Below, piece by piece: positions 19,123 through 25,295 of a stretch of 64,000 nt of DNA. How positions within the stretch are numbered: position 1 is the stretch's first letter; every line of letters begins with the position of its first letter. The stretch is from NCBI GenBank assembly GCA_001468925.1, contig LDIX01000004.1:77715-141714 (forward strand), given 5' to 3'. This DNA is from a candidate division TM6 bacterium UASB340. GTDB lineage: Bacteria > Babelota > Babeliae > Babelales > UASB340. Made by a program: the position numbers and the translations under genes. The notes under the pieces are model-generated. The model ran no database searches. It saw nothing but the letters and a program-made list of their open reading frames with translations, and was not told the origin of the DNA.

Positions 19123-19368
19123 AAAAACCCCTTTCATCTTGCTGAATGAAAAACTAACCTCAGCCTGATGTATACCCAGATTGAACAACCCCTCCATATA
19201 AAAATTTCAAATAACTATTTTAAAAAAATAGGGCGCACCCTTTATTAAGAATACGCCCATTTAAAAATTCAAAATTTAATCGCTGTCTTGATGAATTGTA
19301 AACTTTGGAATAAAAAAAATTATACATTCAAAATCCCTAACATTTTCTTATCGAAAACTTTGAAGTAA

Positions 19369-19397
19369 ATTTTAGCAGAAAAAACATTCAATCCCAA
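19369..19397 (-). promoter_or_regulatory. Candidate sigma70-type promoter facing carD (TTGGGA-N17-TAAAAT on the minus strand)
   Basis: Read directly. -35 is the complement of 19392-19397, -10 is the complement of 19369-19374, with a 17-nt spacer. It would give a leader of about 240 nt. Confidence 0.3.
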
Positions 19398-19526
19398 CTT
19401 ATTATAAAAAAACTGAGTTTTTCTTCATTTTTGCCGTATTTATAAAATTATCTTATTTAACATTTGCATGCGATTGGATTTAATATTACCATTAATTAAT
19501 ACTAACCTTAAAAATGAGAGTGTGTT

Positions 19527-20159
19527 ATGGCAAGAAAAGAATCGGATATAAATGAACTTATATTTAGAATTACTGTAATTTTAATATTACTTTTAGCTTT
19601 TAAACCTTTTTATTTATACATTCATTCAACAGATAATAAAGAACAAGTTAAACAAGAAAAACAATCTATTATTACACCAAAAATTGTAGTTCAAAAATCT
19701 TTAAATGAATCAGTAAATACAAATACAAGAGATAAAGTAGTATTTAATAATAATTTAAAAGTATTAAGTAATAACAATACTAAAACTTTAAATAGTAATA
19801 ACGGTAATAAAAAAAATATTAAAAAAATTGTTTTAAGAAATAATAATAAAAGCGGCAAGCAAGTTTTAACTACGAAAAACACCTCTGATAATTCTGATAA
19901 TAATGTAGAACAAATCAATAATTACGTTGAAAAAATAAATGCTTATATAGAAGAACAAGATTTTTTACTTTCATCAATAGATTTAGAAAACGAAAATATG
20001 CCTATAATTCTTGATACAATAAAAAATAATCTTGATGAAATAGAAAAGCAAGCAGAACAAAATAAGATAAGCAATCTTATAAATAATACAAAAATAAATG
20101 AGCTTAAAACAAATATAGAATCATATAAGCAAGTAATAGAGCAAGTAAAAAATTTATAA
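19527..20159 (+). CDS. Hypothetical membrane-anchored protein, Asn/Lys-rich low complexity with a C-terminal coiled coil
   Basis: 210 aa. N-terminal TM segment IFRITVILILLLAFKPFYLYI. No recognisable domain. Confidence 0.5.
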   Translation: MARKESDINELIFRITVILILLLAFKPFYLYIHSTDNKEQVKQEKQSIITPKIVVQKSLNESVNTNTRDKVVFNNNLKVLSNNNTKTLNSNNGNKKNIKKIVLRNNNKSGKQVLTTKNTSDNSDNNVEQINNYVEKINAYIEEQDFLLSSIDLENENMPIILDTIKNNLDEIEKQAEQNKISNLINNTKINELKTNIESYKQVIEQVKNL

Positions 20160-20176
20160 AACGGATAACGACGAAC

Positions 20177-20211
20177 CCAGGATTTGTTTGAATTAATCAA
20201 ACTAATCCTGG
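20177..20211 (+). other. Long stem-loop after the preceding ORF (15-bp stem, one T-T mismatch, loop ATTAA), followed by a C-rich tract
   Basis: CCAGGATTTGTTTGA-ATTAA-TCAAACTAATCCTGG, then GTGCTCGCCCCCCTCAACCC. No U-tract. Confidence 0.5.
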
Positions 20212-20319
20212 TAGTGCTCGCCCCCCTCAACCCTTGATTATATAATACTAAAAAATAACTATAAAAAATAAGACATTTAAAAAATTGGCATTTTGATCCC
20301 ATATAAAAAGAAAAAACAA

Positions 20320-21681
20320 ATGCAAGAAAATTCAAATCTTAATATTAAAAAAAATTTTATATCTAGTTTTAGGTGGAATATAATCGGAAGTATATTTTTT
20401 GAAAGCTCAAAAGTTGTGAATCAAATACTTCTTATAAAAACACTATCTACACAGGATTACGGTTTGATGGCTTCAATATTTTCCATTATATATCTGACTA
20501 TTTATATGTCAGAATTTGGAATATCCCAATCTGTTCCGGTTTTTATAAATATATTTTTAAAAAACAAATTTAATTTTAAAAAATTATTATACAAAATTTA
20601 TCTATTACCCCAGATAATAATTTTTATTATTGCGGGGCTAATTACTACTTTATTTTATAAAAACAGTATTTTTATAAATACAAACTCCCCATATTTATTA
20701 TTAATACCTGTTATAATTTTATTTGAGGGAATTAGAATATTTTTACGAAGATTTTTGCATACTATATTTTTATCAAAAGAGATAGTAATAGTAGAATCAA
20801 TTTTAATGATATTATTTTTAAGCTCTATTTGGGCGCCATATTTCTTGTTTAATCAAATAATTACATTAAATTTAATTTTTATTTCTTTTTTAATTAACTC
20901 GATTTTAGCTCTTATATGTTTTATGGTTTTTATAAAAAATTACCAATCAACTTTACCGAATATTCAAGAAAGTCTAGATAAAAAGCTTTTACATAAAATA
21001 TTTAAATCAAGATTTTTAAATTATTTCATTAATCTTGATAAGAATTTTTTCACGGGTAATTTTTTGACACCATTTTTTGCATCAAATTTTGGCATGCTTG
21101 AAGCCGGAATATTTAATCTGGCCAATCATATCGCAGAATCTATAAAAGCGATTACAAAATCAACTGTTATATTTTCGGGTAGTAGCTTGTTTGCAAAACT
21201 AAAATCAAAATCATTAAGGGTTAAAAGAACTATATTTAAATTAATTTGTGAGAATATAAACAAAATTATTTACCCAATAGTTATATTTATAGTAATAAAT
21301 AATAAACTATTTTTCGGTTCTACGGCTATAGATAAACTTTCAAGCTCAATTATTACATTGACCGGCTTATTTTTTCTTATCACATGTCTTGAATATTTTT
21401 TTACGGCATATGAACAATTTTTTATTATAGAAGAGAAGACCGAAAAGTTATTACTTTTAAAACTATTTGAATTTTTAATGTTTTATATAGTTATAAACTT
21501 TAATGGAGCTTCTATTTTAATTATTCTATTAGGTCTGTTAATTACAAAATTAATAAGCTTTGCTGCTACAAGCTTAACGGCTTTTTATATATGGCAGCTA
21601 AAACCTTCTTTAAAAATAGATGTAAAGAGCTTAATATCTTATATATTTTTATCTATTTTAATTAGATTTTTAATTACCTAA
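20320..21681 (+). CDS. MOP-superfamily polysaccharide/oligosaccharide flippase (Wzx/RfbX-like)
   Basis: About 12-14 TM segments. The N-terminal FRWNIIGSIFFESSKVVNQILLIKTLSTQDYGLMASIFSIIYL is typical of the Polysacc_synt family. I prefer ATG 20320 over the TTG at 20293. Confidence 0.65.
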   Translation: MQENSNLNIKKNFISSFRWNIIGSIFFESSKVVNQILLIKTLSTQDYGLMASIFSIIYLTIYMSEFGISQSVPVFINIFLKNKFNFKKLLYKIYLLPQIIIFIIAGLITTLFYKNSIFINTNSPYLLLIPVIILFEGIRIFLRRFLHTIFLSKEIVIVESILMILFLSSIWAPYFLFNQIITLNLIFISFLINSILALICFMVFIKNYQSTLPNIQESLDKKLLHKIFKSRFLNYFINLDKNFFTGNFLTPFFASNFGMLEAGIFNLANHIAESIKAITKSTVIFSGSSLFAKLKSKSLRVKRTIFKLICENINKIIYPIVIFIVINNKLFFGSTAIDKLSSSIITLTGLFFLITCLEYFFTAYEQFFIIEEKTEKLLLLKLFEFLMFYIVINFNGASILIILLGLLITKLISFAATSLTAFYIWQLKPSLKIDVKSLISYIFLSILIRFLIT

Positions 21682-21801
21682 TATATAATTAAAATATTTA
21701 AGTAATTGAGTAAAATGTAGAGCTTAATTTATTTATAAAAAGATAGATCGAAAGTGCGCGGCGCCATACATCCCTTTTTAGGTTTTTTGATTTTCAAGAT
21801 C

Positions 21802-21856
21802 TTTTAAAAAATATTTTAAAAATTAAAATAAATTTAAAAATTAAAAATATAAAAAA
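21802..21856. repeat. 55-nt tract of 100% A+T with reiterated TTAAAAAT-like units
   Basis: TTTTAAAAAATATTTTAAAAATTAAAATAAATTTAAAAATTAAAAATATAAAAAA, read directly. Confidence 0.9.
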
Positions 21857-21862
21857 CGTTCT

Positions 21863-21958
21863 ATTGGTTGTTTCTTTTTAATCTTACGCGAGTGCGTATT
21901 ATTGGTTATTGGTTATTACTTATACTAATTAATCTATTACTTATCAATATAATTGGTT
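21863..21958. repeat. Four copies of the heptamer ATTGGTT (21863, 21901, 21908 tandem, 21952)
   Basis: Read directly. This part of the strand is otherwise G-poor. Confidence 0.85.
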
Positions 21959-22160
21959 ACTAATTTATCTATCTAAAAATTCTAACACTATATGTTATAT
22001 GAATACAGGTATAACAATATACCCATTTTATGTTTTATTCTTTTTCTTTTATTTTTATAATCCAATATTTTATTATCTATCTATATATATATCTATTTAT
22101 ACCTATATCTATTTATTTTTATACTTAATCCATAGTTAACCAGAAGTTACTCCAATACTT

Positions 22161-22263
22161 ACTTCTATATACTTCTATATATTTATACTTATATTTCTTA
22201 TATATATACTTTTATATACTTTCTTCTTTTATTACTTGTTCTTTTATTACTTGTTCTTTTATT
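22161..22263. repeat. Short tandem repeats: ACTTCTATAT x2 (22161-22180) and CTTTTATTACTTGTT x2.5 (22226-22263)
   Basis: Read directly. Confidence 0.9.
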
Positions 22264-22293
22264 CTTTTTTTTATTCCTTATTCTTTTAATTTC

Positions 22294-22499
22294 ACGGAGT
22301 CGATTACCTCCTGCTACCAATAAAACATCCAGATCAATACTTTAAAACAACGCTCTCAAATTTGCCAAAAAACAAAACTTTCAAATCTCTCCAATACCAA
22401 ACTAGCCCCCTACTCATTCCATCACCCAACACACTCAATAAAACCCAACCCCTCCCCCATTTCCTTTCTTATAAAAAGAGCAGGAGGTAGAGACGGAGT
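22294..22499. repeat. 192-bp C/A-rich, G-poor element bounded by 11-bp inverted repeats and flanked by a 7-bp direct repeat (MITE-like footprint or long-range RNA helix)
   Basis: ACGGAGT (22294-22300), cgat, TACCTCCTGCT (22305-22315), 163-nt interior, AGCAGGAGGTA (22479-22489), gag, ACGGAGT (22493-22499). Confidence 0.8.
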
Positions 22500-22731
22500 G
22501 CGGAATCGCGTTTTTTCAAATAAAACCAAGTTTCGCTTCGTACATACAACCCTGCAACAAATGAGGATAAGTTATTTAGATTATTAAATACACCTTAAAT
22601 TATACGACACAGATTTAACTATAATTTAAGATTTTTAATAAATTTTGGGGTCAAAAATCCTAATCACTCCAAAAACCTAGGCCCTTAAAACCAATCTAAG
22701 TCCGTTACGCTAAGATTTTATATAAAAACTC

Positions 22732-22760
22732 TTGACAAATCTACATTGCAAGACTAAGAT
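22732..22760 (+). promoter_or_regulatory. sigma70-type promoter for dnaK (TTGACA-N17-TAAGAT) with overlapping palindromes
   Basis: TTGACA at 22732-22737, a 17-nt spacer, TAAGAT at 22755-22760. Perfect palindrome CTAAGA-TAT-TCTTAG at 22754-22768. CTTGACA-N8-TTGCAAG at 22731-22752. Confidence 0.6.
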
Positions 22761-22929
22761 ATTCTTAGTTTTTTATGATTACAAGTTAAGCTAAAACACA
22801 AGCAAATCACGCGCCATCGAAAAATAACAAGATAAACAAAACTTGTTGAAAATAAAAAAAATATTTTAAAATATTTTGAAATTAAAACTTTAGTTATTTA
22901 CTATAAAACTTTAACGAAAAGGGATTTAA

Positions 22930-24843
22930 ATGGCAAAAATTATAGGTATAGACTTAGGAACCACAAACTCTGTCGTTTCATTTATGGAAGGCGGCGTAGC
23001 CAAAGTTATTCCAAATCAAGAAGGTAATAACACTACTCCTTCTATTGTTGCATACACCAAAGATGGTCAAAGATTGGTCGGATCCGTAGCAAAACGTCAG
23101 GCCGTAACAAATCCGGAAAATACAATTTTTTCCGCAAAAAGATATATTGGTAGAAAATTTTCAAGTTTAACAAAAGAAGAAGTTTCTCTAGCTCCATACA
23201 AACTTGTAGCCGGCAAAAATGACGATGTAGTAATAGAAATACGCGGTGAACAAATAACACCGCAAGAAATTTCTGCTGCAGTTTTACAAAAATTAAAACA
23301 AGCCGCACAAGATTATATTGGGGAAACTATAACCGATGCAGTGATTACCGTTCCAGCATATTTTAACGATGCTCAAAGACAGGCAACAAAAGATGCCGGA
23401 ACAATTGCAGGCTTAAATGTTAAAAGAATTATTAATGAGCCAACAGCAGCTGCTCTTGCATACGGAATGGACAAAAAGAAAAATGAGACTATAGCCGTAT
23501 TTGACTTTGGTGGTGGTACATTTGATATTTCCATATTGGAAGTCGGTGATGGTGTTGTAGAAGTAAAATCCACAAATGGCGACACGCTTTTGGGTGGTGA
23601 CAATATCGATGCAAAATTAATCGATTATTTGGTTCAAGAGTTTAAAAAAGAAAATGGCATTGATCTTACAAAAGACAAGATGGCATTACAAAGACTTAAA
23701 GAAGCTGCTGAAAAAGCAAAGATTGAACTTTCAGCCACAACTGAAACGGAAATAAATCTACCATACATTACAGCAGATGCTAGCGGACCTAAACATTTAG
23801 TCATAAAATTGTCACGCGCAAAACTTGAAAATATTTGTGAAGATATATTTAAAAAGTTATTTATTCCTTGTGAAAAAGCTATCAAAGATGCCGGAATAGA
23901 AAAAAATCAAATTGATGAAGTTGTATTAGTTGGTGGTTCAACACGAATTCCTAAAGTTGTTGAATTGGTAAAAAACTTCTTTGGCAAAGAACCAAATAAA
24001 TCGGTAAACCCTGATGAAGTTGTTTCTATTGGCGCTGCAATTCAAGGTGGTGTTCTTGCAGGTGACGTTACAGATGTATTATTATTAGATGTCACCCCGC
24101 TTTCTCTTGGAATTGAAACAATGGGTGGAATTGCAACAAAATTAATAGAACGAAACACAACAATACCTACAAAAAAATCTCAAATTTTCTCAACAGCAGA
24201 AGACAATCAAACAGCAGTTGATATTCACATTGTTCAAGGTGAACGTGAATTTGCAAAAGATAATAAAACATTGGGAAGATTTAGACTCGATGGAATTCCT
24301 GCTGCTCCCAGAGGTATTCCACAAGTTGAAGTAACGTTCGATATCGATGCCAACGGCATAGTTCATGTTACTGCAAAAGATAAAGGCACAGGCAAAGAAC
24401 AACATATTACCATTTCAAATTCTTCAGGTCTTTCTAAAGAAGAAGTTGAAAATTTGGTAAAACAAGCGCAACAGCATGAAGCTGAAGATAAAAAACAAAA
24501 AGAAATTGTTGAAAAACGCAATGCTTTAGACAATATGATTATGTCTATAGAAAAAACATTAAAAGATAATAAAGAAAAACTTCCGGCTGATGAAGTCTCA
24601 AAAGTTGAAACTGCTTTAGAAGAAGCTCGTAAAGTATTTAAAGAATCTGAAAATGATGCTGAAAAACTACAAAAAGCGCATGATGATTTATTAGCCTCTT
24701 CACATAAAGTAGCTGAAATACTTTATAAAGAAGCTCAAAGTAAAACTACGCAAAATCAAGACAATAACCAAGATAACAGCACAGATAAAGATAAAAACTC
24801 CGGAGACACCGGGCCAATAGACGTTGATTCTGAGCAAAAGTAA
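22930..24843 (+). CDS. dnaK: Molecular chaperone DnaK (Hsp70)
   Basis: 637 aa. [18 protein letters not shown]-like [21 protein letters not shown]. Confidence 0.98.
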   Translation: MAKIIGIDLGTTNSVVSFMEGGVAKVIPNQEGNNTTPSIVAYTKDGQRLVGSVAKRQAVTNPENTIFSAKRYIGRKFSSLTKEEVSLAPYKLVAGKNDDVVIEIRGEQITPQEISAAVLQKLKQAAQDYIGETITDAVITVPAYFNDAQRQATKDAGTIAGLNVKRIINEPTAAALAYGMDKKKNETIAVFDFGGGTFDISILEVGDGVVEVKSTNGDTLLGGDNIDAKLIDYLVQEFKKENGIDLTKDKMALQRLKEAAEKAKIELSATTETEINLPYITADASGPKHLVIKLSRAKLENICEDIFKKLFIPCEKAIKDAGIEKNQIDEVVLVGGSTRIPKVVELVKNFFGKEPNKSVNPDEVVSIGAAIQGGVLAGDVTDVLLLDVTPLSLGIETMGGIATKLIERNTTIPTKKSQIFSTAEDNQTAVDIHIVQGEREFAKDNKTLGRFRLDGIPAAPRGIPQVEVTFDIDANGIVHVTAKDKGTGKEQHITISNSSGLSKEEVENLVKQAQQHEAEDKKQKEIVEKRNALDNMIMSIEKTLKDNKEKLPADEVSKVETALEEARKVFKESENDAEKLQKAHDDLLASSHKVAEILYKEAQSKTTQNQDNNQDNSTDKDKNSGDTGPIDVDSEQK

Positions 24844-24864
24844 AAAAACTCAAATCTGTAAAAA

Positions 24865-24891
24865 GGGCCCAAAACATTGGGCCCTTTTTTT
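24865..24891 (+). terminator. Rho-independent terminator after dnaK
   Basis: GGGCCCAA-AACA-TTGGGCCC followed by T7. Confidence 0.9.
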
Positions 24892-24930
24892 GTGTCATAA
24901 AACAAATATATGCTTTTAAATTTTTAAAAA

Positions 24931-24959
24931 TTGACACCTGCTAGATCAAATATGCTAAT
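24931..24959 (+). promoter_or_regulatory. Candidate promoter for the small-ORF locus (TTGACA-N17-GCTAAT)
   Basis: TTGACA at 24931-24936 and GCTAAT at 24954-24959, preceded by TATG. Confidence 0.4.
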
Positions 24960-25010
24960 TTAAAAATAATATATATAAAAAAATTAAAAAAAGTTTAGGG
25001 AGACGTAAAA

Positions 25011-25220
25011 ATGATAAATCTAAGAAATATATATTCTATTCTTCTTGGTCCACCGATTTTAACAATACTAATTTTATCCGGTTGTTTTAAAAATAAAAAA
25101 GTTAATTGTAATAATAAAAATACTAAAAAAAGGGAGCTTTTATGCAAAAATGTTGCACAGAAAAAAAATGTAAGAAATGTGGACAGCCTGCATGCAAATG
25201 TAAATGTAAATAGTTACTAA
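25011..25220 (+). CDS. Small lipoprotein-like ORF (69 codons as written); the C-terminal half may be in the wrong frame
   Basis: ATG lies 7 nt after AGGGAGA. Signal peptide plus lipobox LILSGC. The A7 tract at 25125-25131 is the only place this frame can join the overlapping Cys-rich frame. Confidence 0.5.
   Translation: MINLRNIYSILLGPPILTILILSGCFKNKKVNCNNKNTKKRELLCKNVAQKKNVRNVDSLHANVNVNSY
25142..25213 (+). CDS. Overlapping 23-codon Cys/Lys-rich ORF (MQKCCTEKKCKKCGQPACKCKCK), either independent or the real C-terminus of the lipoprotein
   Basis: ATG lies 5 nt after AGGGAG (25131-25136). 7 Cys and 8 Lys in 23 residues. Frame is -1 relative to 25011..25220. Confidence 0.4.
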   Translation: MQKCCTEKKCKKCGQPACKCKCK

Positions 25221-25233
25221 CTAAAATTTACAT

Positions 25234-25270
25234 AAAAAAAGAGTGGATAAAATTTATCCACTCTTTTTTT
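25234..25270. terminator. Bidirectional rho-independent terminator between the small-ORF locus and the convergent M3 peptidase gene
   Basis: A7, then GAGTGGATA-AAATT-TATCCACTC, then T7 or more. Confidence 0.85.
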
Positions 25271-25295
25271 ATTAACGTTATATATTTTTCAATTT

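Noticed and set aside
20218-20235. C-rich tract CGCCCCCCTCAACCC after the 20177-20211 hairpin, as a second copy of the 22444-22458 motif
   Set aside because: The similarity is compositional only (no alignable core beyond CCCCTC). I noted it under the stem-loop feature but it is insufficient to call a repeat family.
22161-22263. Tandem 10-mer and 15-mer repeats considered as a degenerate CRISPR array
   Set aside because: The repeats are directly adjacent with no spacers, far too short, and no cas genes are present.
22301-22315. CGATTACCTCCTGC resembles the 3' end of 16S rRNA (GATCACCTCCT), which could suggest an rRNA fragment
   Set aside because: Upstream sequence bears no resemblance to the 16S helix 45 region, and nothing rRNA-like follows. 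The similarity is limited to the anti-SD core, which here is one arm of an inverted repeat.
22731-22752. Calling CTTGACA-N8-TTGCAAG a bona fide HAIR (HspR) operator
   Set aside because: Only about 9 of 14 half-site positions match CTTGAGT-N7-ACTCAAG, and the spacing is off by one. I kept it only as a hypothesis in the findings and do not annotate it as a known operator. I found no exact HAIR or CIRCE element in the window.
25241-25263. Perfect DnaA-box-like strings (GTGGATAA / TTATCCAC) that could suggest an origin
   Set aside because: They are the two arms of a single hairpin flanked by A7 and T7 between convergent genes. That makes it a bidirectional intrinsic terminator, so the box similarity is best explained by chance.
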